A DNA stretch of 64,000 nucleotides from Candidatus Porifericomitaceae bacterium (GTDB lineage Bacteria > Pseudomonadota > Gammaproteobacteria > Porifericomitales > Porifericomitaceae): contig OZ243038.1 of NCBI GenBank assembly GCA_965212005.1, positions 1,760,096 to 1,824,095 on the forward strand. The letters run 5' to 3'. Of the stretch, positions 1-10,876 are shown piece after piece; the first letter of the stretch is position 1, and each line of letters opens with the position of its first letter. The notes under the pieces were generated by a model, which was not told the DNA's origin, searched no databases, and saw nothing but the letters and a program-made list of their open reading frames with translations. The position numbers and the translations under genes are program-made.

Positions 1-2
1 CC

Positions 3-857
3 ACCTACGGAGTCGGCGAACTGATCGGCAGCGCGCTGGATCACGGCGTGCAGGAAATCATTATCGGCATTGGCGGTTCGGCCACCTGCGACGGTGGGGC
101 GGGCATGGCGCAGGCGCTGGGGGCGCGCTTTTATGACCGCCGGGGCGCCTGCATGGCCGCGGGCCTGTCGGGCGGCCAGCTGCGCCGCGTGCACCGCATT
201 GATGTCTCAGAGCTAGACCGGCGCTTGCGTAAATGCAGGTTGCGAGCCGCTTGTGACGTCGATAATGTGCTCGTTGGCCGATACGGAACGGCCCGCGTAT
301 TCGGGCCGCAAAAGGGCCTCACCGAGGTCGGAGTGGCGCGCCTGGACGCCAACTTGCGGCATTTGGCCGGTTTATACCGGCGTGATCTGAAACGGGACGT
401 CGCACGCAAGCCCAGAGGCGGCGCCGGGGGTGGACTGGGCGCCGGGCTGCTCGCTTTCACCGGCGCCAGGCTGCAAAGCGGCGTGGACATCGTGCTTAAA
501 GCGCTGGAACTGGAAAAGTATATGCGCCGCGCTGATCTGGTGATCACCGGCGAGGGCCGGATCGATTATCAGACAGCGTTCGGCAAGACCCCCGCCGGCG
601 TTGCCCGCCTGGCCCGAAAATGCCGCGTGCCGGTGGTCGCGATAGGCGGAACCCTGGCGGATGACACCGCCGGTATGTTCGGGAATAAGATCGATGCTCT
701 GGAATCGGCGGTGGCGCGAGACATGACGCTGGAGGAGGCACTCCGACATCCGAAGCGCTACCTGAAGAATGCCGCTGAGCGTGCTTTGCGCCTGATCAAA
801 GTGGGACAGCGGCTGTCGCGTCCGCGGCGGGGCGGGCCAGCCCGTGCCTCCGGATGA
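3..857 (+). CDS. glxK: Glycerate kinase, class I (GlxK/GarK family), 5'-truncated by window edge
   Basis: Frame open from nt 3 (TYGVGELI...); motifs IIIGIGGSATCDGGAG, FGPQKG, GAGGGLG, ITGEGRIDYQTAFGKTP. Confidence 0.93.
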   Translation, partial: TYGVGELIGSALDHGVQEIIIGIGGSATCDGGAGMAQALGARFYDRRGACMAAGLSGGQLRRVHRIDVSELDRRLRKCRLRAACDVDNVLVGRYGTARVFGPQKGLTEVGVARLDANLRHLAGLYRRDLKRDVARKPRGGAGGGLGAGLLAFTGARLQSGVDIVLKALELEKYMRRADLVITGEGRIDYQTAFGKTPAGVARLARKCRVPVVAIGGTLADDTAGMFGNKIDALESAVARDMTLEEALRHPKRYLKNAAERALRLIKVGQRLSRPRRGGPARASG

Positions 858-984
858 TGTGCAGGAACCGGTTCCGGGGCCGCCGGAGCGCACCGGAGCG
901 TACCAGGCTGAGAGCGTTCCGGGCGGCGTCGGGGCCGTCTTCACCGGGGCCGCCGCTGCGCGTTGCCGTCTCCCGCCGGCGATC

Positions 985-2052
985 ATGAAAGCACTGTGTG
1001 CCTGTCGTCTGCTGGCGTTGTCCCTGTTATGCTGGCCGATGCAAATACCTGCCTACCAGGTCGAGGATCTGTATACGGCCACTGTGGTAGTGTCGGATCA
1101 AGGCACGGCAGCCTATCGCCGGGGGCTGCAGCGGGCGCTGGAAGAGGTTTTGATCAAACTGAGTGCCGATCCGGATATTATCGGGCAGGCTGCGGCGCGC
1201 TCACTGCTGCTGCAGGCGGAAAGCCTGATGCAGAGTTACCACTACCGGACGGTGCCGCCCGCACCGGAAACGGAGTCCGCCTCCGCCGGCCCGGAGGCGC
1301 CCGGCTTTTTGCTTGAAGCGAGCTTTCAGGAGTCGGCGCTGACCAGGGCGTTGCAGTCGAACGGAGTGCCTTCATGGGGTCGGCAACGGCCCTTGTTACT
1401 GTTATGGGTGGTGCAGGCCGACCGCAACGGTAATAAGGTGATCCGGAACGCGGAGACGGATTCTCCGTTTCTCTCCGAACTGGAACAACAACTGCGGCGC
1501 CTCGGCCTGCCGTTTCTGTTTCCGCTGCTGGACCTGGAGGATGACCGTAATCTCAGTGCGGTGGAATTGTGGGCCGGCATTGAGGACCGGGTGCGGGAGG
1601 CATCCCGACGCTATCATGCCGATGCGGCGCTGACCGTGCGTCTGCCGCCTGCGGCGGCGTCGCCCCGGGAAGCGGTCTGGAGCCTGTATTTGAGGGAAGG
1701 GCGCCGGGAATGGAGCAGCGCGGGTCCGGCGCTGCTGCGTACCGGCATACAGTCCCTGTTGTCTGTGTTGAGGCAGGAGTATGGACGGCCCGGTGTGGCG
1801 GGCGAAGGAACGTTCGTTGAGTTGAACGTAACTGGGATTACGCATTTTGAGCGCTATCTGCGCGTGTTGCACCACCTGCTGAAATTGGACGCGGTGCACC
1901 AGGTACGGGTCCTTGAATTCCACGCGGATCGGGTGCGTTTTCGGCTCCTGACGCATTTGGGCGCTACGGCGGTGCACGGCGAGATCGGTCTGGGCAATGT
2001 GCTGCGCCTGGCGACTGGACCGGAGGCCGGCTGGTACCTTTTACTCCCGTAA
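985..2052 (+). CDS. DUF2066 domain-containing periplasmic protein
   Basis: Signal-peptide-like N-terminus from ATG 985, DLYTATVVV, ALEEVLIKLS, WGRQRPLLLLW, FPLLDLED; usual position upstream of hda. Confidence 0.8.
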   Translation: MKALCACRLLALSLLCWPMQIPAYQVEDLYTATVVVSDQGTAAYRRGLQRALEEVLIKLSADPDIIGQAAARSLLLQAESLMQSYHYRTVPPAPETESASAGPEAPGFLLEASFQESALTRALQSNGVPSWGRQRPLLLLWVVQADRNGNKVIRNAETDSPFLSELEQQLRRLGLPFLFPLLDLEDDRNLSAVELWAGIEDRVREASRRYHADAALTVRLPPAAASPREAVWSLYLREGRREWSSAGPALLRTGIQSLLSVLRQEYGRPGVAGEGTFVELNVTGITHFERYLRVLHHLLKLDAVHQVRVLEFHADRVRFRLLTHLGATAVHGEIGLGNVLRLATGPEAGWYLLLP

Positions 2053-2277
2053 CCCGTGGGGCTGGCCTGGCTTCATGATTACGTCCATCGAATGGCCTTC
2101 GCCGTCCGTCCGTTGCTGCTCGCCGGCGCAACTCTGCCGCCGTCATCGTGCGTATCAGCCGGACTGGGTGTATGCGCCAGGGCAAATAGGTTTCCCTGAC
2201 CGTGAGCCCCGCACGGTTCTCGGCGGCCCGGGGTCGCAGGTGATCCGAAGCCTGCCCGAATTCCGCACCGCCGGGTA

Positions 2278-3589
<1,312 letters not shown>

Positions 3590-3754
3590 TCAATACGCCT
3601 ATAATCTGGATTCTCTTATGATCCCCGGTCCCATTGCAATGTATAGCCGTGTCCGACCGGTCGTTTGCGTTACAGATCCCGGCCGGCATCGGCTGGTGCG
3701 CTCGTCATTCCGACTCGTGGCGCGGGTGCTTCCTCCAGGCGGTGTTTCTCCGCC

Positions 3755-4039
3755 GTGAAGCAGGGCGCACACTGCTACGTGTCCGGCCGGGTGCAGGGCG
3801 TATGCTTTCGTGCCTGTACCTGCTCCAGAGCCCGTGCATTAGGGCTGACTGGGTGGGTGCGCAATCTGCCGGACGGTCGAGTCGAGTTGCAGGCTTTCGG
3901 TGACGCTGAACCATTGGAACAACTGCGCAGTTGGCTGCGCCGCGGACCCGAGGCGGCCGAGGTACGGCAGTTGGACTGGCGCCCGATTGACTGCCAGCCA
4001 TACCCGGATTTCTCCATTTCCGTGCATCCGTCCCCCTGA
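3755..4039 (+). CDS. acyP: Acylphosphatase
   Basis: VSGRVQGVCFR and GWVRNLPDGRVE signatures; GTG 3755 chosen as start. Confidence 0.88.
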   Translation: MKQGAHCYVSGRVQGVCFRACTCSRARALGLTGWVRNLPDGRVELQAFGDAEPLEQLRSWLRRGPEAAEVRQLDWRPIDCQPYPDFSISVHPSP

Positions 4040-4073
4040 GCCTGCGCTGCCTGCCCCGGCGCGCCGGATCGGA

Positions 4074-5789
4074 TCAGTCGGTGTCCGCCGTTTTTTGCCG
4101 TATGAAGGCCGCTGCCTGATCCAGCGCGAGTTCTTGCGTGGTTTCCCCGGTGCGTGACCGGTATTCGATGATGCCGCGGTCCAGGCCGCGTTCGGCATAG
4201 ATAAACCAGTGCGGAATGCCAAGCAATTCGGCATCGTTGTACATGACACCGGGGCGTTCGCGGCGGTCATCCAGCAGCACCTCGATGCCTTGTGCCTGTA
4301 AAGCCGCGTACAAGACTTCCACCTGTGCGCGCAGCCGCTGGGATTTGTGCATGTTGATCGGGATGATCAGCAGTTGCCAGGGAGCAATGGCCGCAGGCCA
4401 GATGATGCCCCGGTCGTCGTGATTTTGTTCGATGGCAGCGGGCACCAGCCGGGAGACGCCAATTCCGTAGCAGCCCATAACGAGCTCCTGGGACTTTCCT
4501 TCCCGGTCCAGGCAAAGAGCCCGCATCGCGGCACTGTACCTGGTGCCTAATTGGAAGATATGCCCTACCTCAATGCCGCGGGATATATGCAGCTCTCCGT
4601 TGCCGTCCGGACTGCGGTCCCCTTCCACCACGTTGCGCAGGTCTGCCGTGCGCGGTTCCGGCAAGTCTCGTCCCCAGTTGACGCCGCACAGATGTTTCCC
4701 TTCCCGGTTGGCTCCGCAGACGAAATCCGACAGCTGGGCAGCGCCGTGATCCACGATGACTGGCAGCTTTAGCCCGAGCGGGCCGAGTGAGCCGGGACGG
4801 CAGCCAATGGCCTGTACAATTTGCTCTTCGCCGGCAAAGCACAGCGGTACCGCGGTTTCTTCCAGCCGTTCCGCCTTGAGCCGGTTCAGTTCGTGGTCTC
4901 CGCGCAGCACCAGCGCCACCGGTTCCCCGCGAGCGCCTTCAAGCAACAGGGTCTTTACGCAGCGGCGGGCGGGTACGCCGAGCAACGCGCTCACTTCTTC
5001 AATGCTGCCGCAGCCGGGCGTGTCCACTTCCCGTTTCGGTTCGACCGGCGCGCTACGCCGGCTGACGGGCGCCGCCGCCGGCGTCAGATCGATATTGGCG
5101 GCGTAGCTTCCGTCGGTGCTGTAGGCGATTCGATCTTCCCCGGAATCGGCGATTACGTGAAACTCGTGCGAAAGGTGTCCACCGATGTTGCCACTGTCTG
5201 CCCGCACGGCCCGAAAGCGCAGTTTCAGTCGCCGCAGAATGCGGCTGTAGGCTTCGTACATGTCCTGGTAACCCTGCTCCAGGGACGCCTTGTCCAGGTG
5301 GAAGGAGTAGGCGTCTTTCATCAGAAATTCCCGGGCCCGCATGATGCCGAAACGCGGTCGGATCTCGTCGCGGAACTTGCTTTGGATCTGATAGAGCGTC
5401 AGCGGCAGTTGCTTGTAGCTGCGCACTTCCCTGCGTACCAGGTCAGTAATGATTTCCTCGTGGGTGGGGCCTAAGCAAAAATCGCGCTGGTGCCGGTCGG
5501 TAAAGCGCAGCAACTCGGGCCCGTACTGCTGCCAGCGACCGGATTCCTGCCACAACTCTGCCGGTTGCACGCTGGGCAGCAGGATCTCCTGGCAGCCAAT
5601 CCGATCCATCTCCTGCCGAACAATCTGCTCTACCTTGCGTAAAACCCGCCAGCCCACCGGCAACCAGCCGTACACTCCGGCAGCGAAGCGCCGTACCAGG
5701 CCGGCGCGCAACATCAGCTGATGGCTGATGCTTTCCGCGTCCGACGGTGCTTCACGCAAAGTGGCCGACAACAGCTTGGAAAATCGCAC
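4074..5789 (-). CDS. proS: Proline--tRNA ligase
   Basis: SHQLMLRAG, LGPTHEE, KFRDEIRPRFG, REFLMKDAYSF, GIEVGHIFQLG, MGCYGIGVSR; editing insertion present. Confidence 0.98.
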   Translation of the reverse strand: MRFSKLLSATLREAPSDAESISHQLMLRAGLVRRFAAGVYGWLPVGWRVLRKVEQIVRQEMDRIGCQEILLPSVQPAELWQESGRWQQYGPELLRFTDRHQRDFCLGPTHEEIITDLVRREVRSYKQLPLTLYQIQSKFRDEIRPRFGIMRAREFLMKDAYSFHLDKASLEQGYQDMYEAYSRILRRLKLRFRAVRADSGNIGGHLSHEFHVIADSGEDRIAYSTDGSYAANIDLTPAAAPVSRRSAPVEPKREVDTPGCGSIEEVSALLGVPARRCVKTLLLEGARGEPVALVLRGDHELNRLKAERLEETAVPLCFAGEEQIVQAIGCRPGSLGPLGLKLPVIVDHGAAQLSDFVCGANREGKHLCGVNWGRDLPEPRTADLRNVVEGDRSPDGNGELHISRGIEVGHIFQLGTRYSAAMRALCLDREGKSQELVMGCYGIGVSRLVPAAIEQNHDDRGIIWPAAIAPWQLLIIPINMHKSQRLRAQVEVLYAALQAQGIEVLLDDRRERPGVMYNDAELLGIPHWFIYAERGLDRGIIEYRSRTGETTQELALDQAAAFIRQKTADTD

Positions 5790-6205
5790 TGAAAAACGTC
5801 TCCAGATTCCTTATATCCCGGTGGCGGGATGCCCGGCGGGAGATGGAATGCCCATTATATAGCTTCCGCGTTTGCTGCCCGCGCCGGCGGGTGAATGTTT
5901 CTGTGGTGATCACGGTGAGCGGGAATCAGGGGGAATGGCCCCGCATGGAGGATGGTTTCGGTCCCGGAATGTACAACTGCGCTGAAAATCCTCTTTTTGG
6001 GTGATTTTTTTTACCGTCGGGCGCCTTACAGTGCGGACATCTCTATGCTGAAAGCAGGATGATCCGGCGTCCCTCGTTGCCGTGGCGATGCCGGAGCGTA
6101 AAGGACGCCGTAGCAACGGAGGGACTGCCTTCCGGGCCGAGGGCGTTTGTCTGCGTACGGCATGGAGATCAATCACCCTGAGTTGAATGTACAGAGGATA
6201 GGATC

Positions 6206-6469
6206 GTGACGAAATTGAAAAAACTGCTGCTGGTACTGACCCTGATTTTCCCTTGCCTGGTGTGTGCGGAGGAGAAGATCAACATCAACACCGCCGACAA
6301 GGAGACCCTGATTATAATGCTGAACGGAGTCGGGGAATCCCGTGCGGAGGCAATCATCTCCTATCGGAAGGAACACGGCGGCTTTAAGTCGGTTGAAGAA
6401 CTGACCGAGATCCGCGGCATTGGTCCCCGCCTGGTGGAGAACAATCGGGATATTCTGTCGGTCGAATAG
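6206..6469 (+). CDS. comEA: ComEA-family helix-hairpin-helix DNA-binding protein
   Basis: Signal peptide then ININTA, LNGVGESRAEAII, GGFKSVEELTEIRGIG; GGA-rich RBS before GTG. Confidence 0.88.
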   Translation: MTKLKKLLLVLTLIFPCLVCAEEKININTADKETLIIMLNGVGESRAEAIISYRKEHGGFKSVEELTEIRGIGPRLVENNRDILSVE

Positions 6470-6772
6470 CCCGCGCGTTCGGCCGCCGCGGGACCATCAT
6501 CGTCCACCGTGGCCGCATCACGGCTTAGGCCGGCGGGCGTGGCTCCTCCCGCCCGCTGGCCGCTTTTTAAGCCGTGCCCGGATGGCCTGCGCGGTCTGAT
6601 GTAGTGCACCGTGACAGTTCAATGCTTGCGCCCCTGGCTGTGGTTTTGCATCCCGGCCCGTGCCGGGTTCCCGGGTGCGCGTTGTAACGGCAGGCAGGCC
6701 GGCACCCGATCAGCAGGTTCCGTGGCGCCGCGGTCTGCGCCCAAGTGGGCGCCGGCAAGGTCTGCGGGCGGT

Positions 6773-9616
6773 CTATCCGGTCCAGCCCAGGCCGGTCGAG
6801 ATGCAGTTTATCGACAGCAGCAGAGGCAACAGTTCGTCCCACTCCGAGCTTGTGCCGTTCGCACGCAGGTGGCGGATCAATTTGACCTGTTGCAGGCCGA
6901 CCTGGCGCAAGATCGGGCTGCGTCGATTGAGCTTGTGGAAGAATTTCGGAAAGCGGCGGGCCAGTTGCTCCTCGCCGGTGAGTTGCAGGATTACCTCGCA
7001 GGTGCGCCGGTATTCCTGCTCAATGCGGGAGTAGATGCGCTGGCGCGCCGGCGCGTTGGTGTACAGGTCTGCATAAGAGGCTGCCACTTCCAGATCAGTT
7101 AAGGACAGCACCTTTTCCGTTTCGTTGATGATGAGACGAAACAGGCGCGATTGTTCGAACATTTTCCGCAACAGGCGCTCACCTGAAGCACCCTGCGTTT
7201 GAATGAAGTTCCGCAATGCCGTGCCGACCCCGTACCAGCCGGTGATTTGATGTCGATTTTGGGTCCAGGCGAACACCCAGGGTATGGCGCGCAGATCATC
7301 CAGTGAGTCAGCCCCGAGGCGGCGCGGCGGACGCGAGCCGATCTTCATTGCCGCGAGTTCCTCTAAAGGACTGGCGGACCGTAAATAATCCAGTAGTTGT
7401 TCATCCTCGATCAGTTCGCGGTAAGCCGCGTGGGCTTGGGCCGAAAGTTGCTCCATTGCCTGGTCGAATTCCTGCCTGGGCTTCAGCTCTTCCTCGTCCA
7501 GGGACTTCAGGGAATGCTCCAGGACGCTGGCGGCGAGCAGTTCGAGCTGGTATTGGGCGGTGCCCTCGTTGGCGTACTTGGCGGAGACCACTTCCCCTTG
7601 CTCGGTGATGCGCATCATGCCCTGTATGGATCCGGGTGGCTGGGCGGCAATCGCACGACCGGTGTGCGCCCCGCCGCGACTTACCGAGCCGCCCCGGCCA
7701 TGGAAAAAAATGATCGGGATCCCGGCCGCCTGGCCCGTTTTCGTGATACGCGTCTGGGCCCGGCTCAACTCCCAGTTGGAGGTGAAGAAGCCGCCGTTCT
7801 TATTGGAGTCGGAGTAGCCGAGCATCACTTCCTGCCGTCCTCCCTGCAGTTCAATCGAGCGCCGCACCAGCGGCAACTGGAGCAGGGCTTCCATGATCGT
7901 GTGTGCCTGCTGCAGATCCTCAATGGACTCAAATAAAGGAATGATCGGCAGCCGGCAGCCTTGGACTCCCTCCGGATCGGAATATGCGCCGGCGTACTTG
8001 GCGAGCAGGTAGACTTCCAAGATGTCTTCCACCGAGTGCGTCATGCTCAAGATGAACCGGTGGATCGCCTCGCTGTCCAGTTGTTCTGCGTTGTTTCCGG
8101 CACTGATCCGGAACAGTTCCAGCGTCGAATTGGCGCCCTGGTCCAATTGGCCCGGATCGATCGAAATGCCTGCTGCCGGCAGCGGCTGATCCAGCGCGGC
8201 CAACAGCCAGGCCCGCCGCTGCTTTTGATCGGTCGGCACCGGCCGGTCCAGTGCGGACCCGATCGATTCCAGCGTATGGTGAATGACGTGGGCGTTCTCG
8301 CGCAGGTCCAGCGGCACCGTGCAGAAACGGAACGCTTCCACCTGCCTGCGTACCGGCGTGACCAGTTGCGTGCACAGCGTGTCGCAGCCGATCGCTTCCA
8401 GGGCCTGCTCCAGGGTTGCCAGGTCAGCAATCAATTCCTCCGCATCCTGGTAGCCGTTTGCCCTGGTGACTTGCCTTCCGGCCTGCTCATCGGTCCGGTC
8501 CTGGGCTTGCGGCAATTTATTCTGCAGCATGTACAGGTATTGGCGGAAGACTTCACCGGGATAACGTGCCTGCAGGTAGCCGTCGCGATCATGCGTTGCC
8601 CGCAGTTTCTGCAGTGCCTGGCAGAAGCCGTTCGGGAGCTGCACGGAACGTTCGGTGATGCTGATTTGCTTCAGCAGTTTCAGCAGTTGTTCCGGGTAGT
8701 GAGACAATGCCGCCTTTCGCGCCGCGTAAAGGGCCGAACGCGTTTCTGTGTTGGTTACATAAGGGTTTCCGTCCCGGTCACCGCCGATCCAGGAGCAAAA
8801 GCGCAGCAATGTCGGAACCTGGAAACGGTGTTCCGGGTAGCTTTGCCGTAGCGCCTCGTCCAGCCGACCCAGCGTGATCGGCAGGCTGTGAAAGAGCGTC
8901 TGGTCAAAGAAATGCAGTCCCCAGGCGACTTCTTGAGAGATGCTGGGTCGTTCCAGGTGCAACTCCCCGGTCAGCCACAACAGCTCGATCTCGTTACGCA
9001 GCTGGACAATGAAGCGTTGGCGTTCACGCGGTGTCCAGCGAGTGCCTTCCAGCCGGTACAGCAGCACGTAGATGCGCCGGTGGATCTCCAGCACCGTCAC
9101 GCGCTTGGCCTCGGTCGGGTGGGCGGTCAGGGTAGGCTGTACCAGGGCATTGTCCAGCAGTTGCTGAATGTCTGCGGTGCTGACGCCACGCTTGCGGGCG
9201 TCTGTAAACACTTGGGCAAAGGTGCCACGCACGTCTTGCGGTCCGCGGATCCGCTCTGCCTGGCGCCGTCGCCGCATGTCGGTGTTTTCCTCGGCGATAT
9301 TGAGCAATTGAAACCAGATGCTCCAAACTTGGATCAATTGAATCAATTGTGCGGCATCCTCTGCCGGTAGCTCCTGATCGGTAAAAATGGGCAGCAGGTC
9401 CGGGCTGCGCCGTCCGATCACCAGGCACAGTTGCTCGTGCAGCAGCCCGATCAGTTCTTCCGCATAGGTTGTTGCCGCGGTCTCGAACTGCTGTAGAGAG
9501 GGGAGGGTGTCAGTCTGCATCGTTTGCCGGAGCGCGGGCTCAATCGTTTCCCTGTCGAATCGCTCGATCCCTGAGTGGCCCTGGGCGTGTCTCGCTCCTG
9601 GTTCTTTCGCCGTCAT
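6773..9616 (-). CDS. ppc: Phosphoenolpyruvate carboxylase
   Basis: LTAHPTEAKR, SWIGGDRDGNP, IPLFESIEDL, QEVMLGYSDSNK, FHGRGGSVSRGG, TEQGE, LRAIPWVFAWTQ. Confidence 0.96.
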   Translation of the reverse strand: MTAKEPGARHAQGHSGIERFDRETIEPALRQTMQTDTLPSLQQFETAATTYAEELIGLLHEQLCLVIGRRSPDLLPIFTDQELPAEDAAQLIQLIQVWSIWFQLLNIAEENTDMRRRRQAERIRGPQDVRGTFAQVFTDARKRGVSTADIQQLLDNALVQPTLTAHPTEAKRVTVLEIHRRIYVLLYRLEGTRWTPRERQRFIVQLRNEIELLWLTGELHLERPSISQEVAWGLHFFDQTLFHSLPITLGRLDEALRQSYPEHRFQVPTLLRFCSWIGGDRDGNPYVTNTETRSALYAARKAALSHYPEQLLKLLKQISITERSVQLPNGFCQALQKLRATHDRDGYLQARYPGEVFRQYLYMLQNKLPQAQDRTDEQAGRQVTRANGYQDAEELIADLATLEQALEAIGCDTLCTQLVTPVRRQVEAFRFCTVPLDLRENAHVIHHTLESIGSALDRPVPTDQKQRRAWLLAALDQPLPAAGISIDPGQLDQGANSTLELFRISAGNNAEQLDSEAIHRFILSMTHSVEDILEVYLLAKYAGAYSDPEGVQGCRLPIIPLFESIEDLQQAHTIMEALLQLPLVRRSIELQGGRQEVMLGYSDSNKNGGFFTSNWELSRAQTRITKTGQAAGIPIIFFHGRGGSVSRGGAHTGRAIAAQPPGSIQGMMRITEQGEVVSAKYANEGTAQYQLELLAASVLEHSLKSLDEEELKPRQEFDQAMEQLSAQAHAAYRELIEDEQLLDYLRSASPLEELAAMKIGSRPPRRLGADSLDDLRAIPWVFAWTQNRHQITGWYGVGTALRNFIQTQGASGERLLRKMFEQSRLFRLIINETEKVLSLTDLEVAASYADLYTNAPARQRIYSRIEQEYRRTCEVILQLTGEEQLARRFPKFFHKLNRRSPILRQVGLQQVKLIRHLRANGTSSEWDELLPLLLSINCISTGLGWTG

Positions 9617-9743
9617 CAGATGCTGCTGCGTTTGTCTGTCGCCACCATTGAGCTTTCGGTCACGGAGATCCGTGTCGTTCCCCGTTCCCGCCTAATGCGT
9701 GGTAGGCGGTGGGCTGCTGACGGGTACACGGGCCGGCGGCGGA

Positions 9744-10715
9744 TCATGCGACCCGGTCAGGTGGTTCTTCTCCGTCAAAGAAGGTCTGTACGTTGTCGAT
9801 GGCACGCAATCCCATCGCGACCCGGGTCTCCAACGAAGCGCTGCCCAAATGGGGCAGCAGAACCGCGTTTTCCAGCTGCGTCAGTTCCGGCGCGACGTCA
9901 GGCTCCCGTTCATAGACGTCCATGCCGGCCCCGGCGATACGGCCCTCCCTGAGCAGCTGGGTCAAAGCTTTTTCATCCACCACGTCGCCGCGCGAGGTAT
10001 TGATCAGGAAGGCTCCCGGTTTCATCAGGTTCAGGCGATCGGCATTGAGCAGGTGGTGGGTTTCCGCTCCGCCCGGGCAATGCAGGGAGACAAAGTCGGC
10101 TTGCGGCAACAGCTCTTCCAGGGTGGCGCAGGCGCGGGCGTTGAATTCGGTGCTTGTCTGCGGCGGGGGAGGGAAGGGATCATGGAACAGGATTTGCATG
10201 CCGAAGCCGAAATATGCCCGGCGCGCCACTGCCCGGGCAATGCGACCGAAACCGACCAGGCCCAGTTTTTTGCCGCTGACTTTTGTGCCCAGCATGTGGG
10301 TAGGTCGCCAGCCCGTCCAGGTACCGCTGCGCAGTTGGCGTTCTCCCTCTGCGCTTCGGCGGGCCACTGAAAGCAGCAGGATCATGGCGATGTCCGCCGT
10401 GCAGTCGGTGAGCACGTCCGGCGTGTTGCTGACTACAATGCCGGCCGCTTTGGCTGCCTCCATATCGATGTGGTTGAAGCCAACGCCGAAATTGCCGAGG
10501 ATGCGTACGCGCCGCGACGGCACTTGCAGCACTTCGGCGGTGATTTTGTCGGATACGGTCGGACACAGCGCATCGGCGGTTTGCATCGCTTCCTTGAGCT
10601 GCTCGGTGCTCATCGGTTGATCGTCTTTGTTTAACCTGACGTCAAACAATTCCATGGCCCGTTCCTCCGCTGGCTCGGGCCAGCGCCGGGTAATGATGAC
10701 TTTGGATTTGTTCAT
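9744..10715 (-). CDS. D-glycerate dehydrogenase / hydroxypyruvate-glyoxylate reductase (D-2-hydroxyacid dehydrogenase)
   Basis: NFGVGFNHID, NTPDVLT, GFGRIA, SLHCP, INTSRGDVVDE, DVYERE, LPHLGSA; lies in serine-cycle cluster. Confidence 0.88.
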   Translation of the reverse strand: MNKSKVIITRRWPEPAEERAMELFDVRLNKDDQPMSTEQLKEAMQTADALCPTVSDKITAEVLQVPSRRVRILGNFGVGFNHIDMEAAKAAGIVVSNTPDVLTDCTADIAMILLLSVARRSAEGERQLRSGTWTGWRPTHMLGTKVSGKKLGLVGFGRIARAVARRAYFGFGMQILFHDPFPPPPQTSTEFNARACATLEELLPQADFVSLHCPGGAETHHLLNADRLNLMKPGAFLINTSRGDVVDEKALTQLLREGRIAGAGMDVYEREPDVAPELTQLENAVLLPHLGSASLETRVAMGLRAIDNVQTFFDGEEPPDRVA

Positions 10716-10876
10716 TATTACTTCGTCTCCTTAATATGGAAAAGGGCTGTTGCGCCTTTTTCCGGTTTTGCCCTCCACGGTCCGGGTTCCGGGCGTTGCC
10801 GGGGGAGGCACTGGTTCCTCGGTCGCGCCGGCTCGCTGTATCTGCCTGCGGCCCCGGTGACGATCAGGCGAGCCGT

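Noticed and set aside
6000-6015. CRP-like palindrome GGTGA-N6-TTACC upstream of comEA
   Set aside because: Imperfect, not the CRP-S form, and spacing to a promoter is unconvincing
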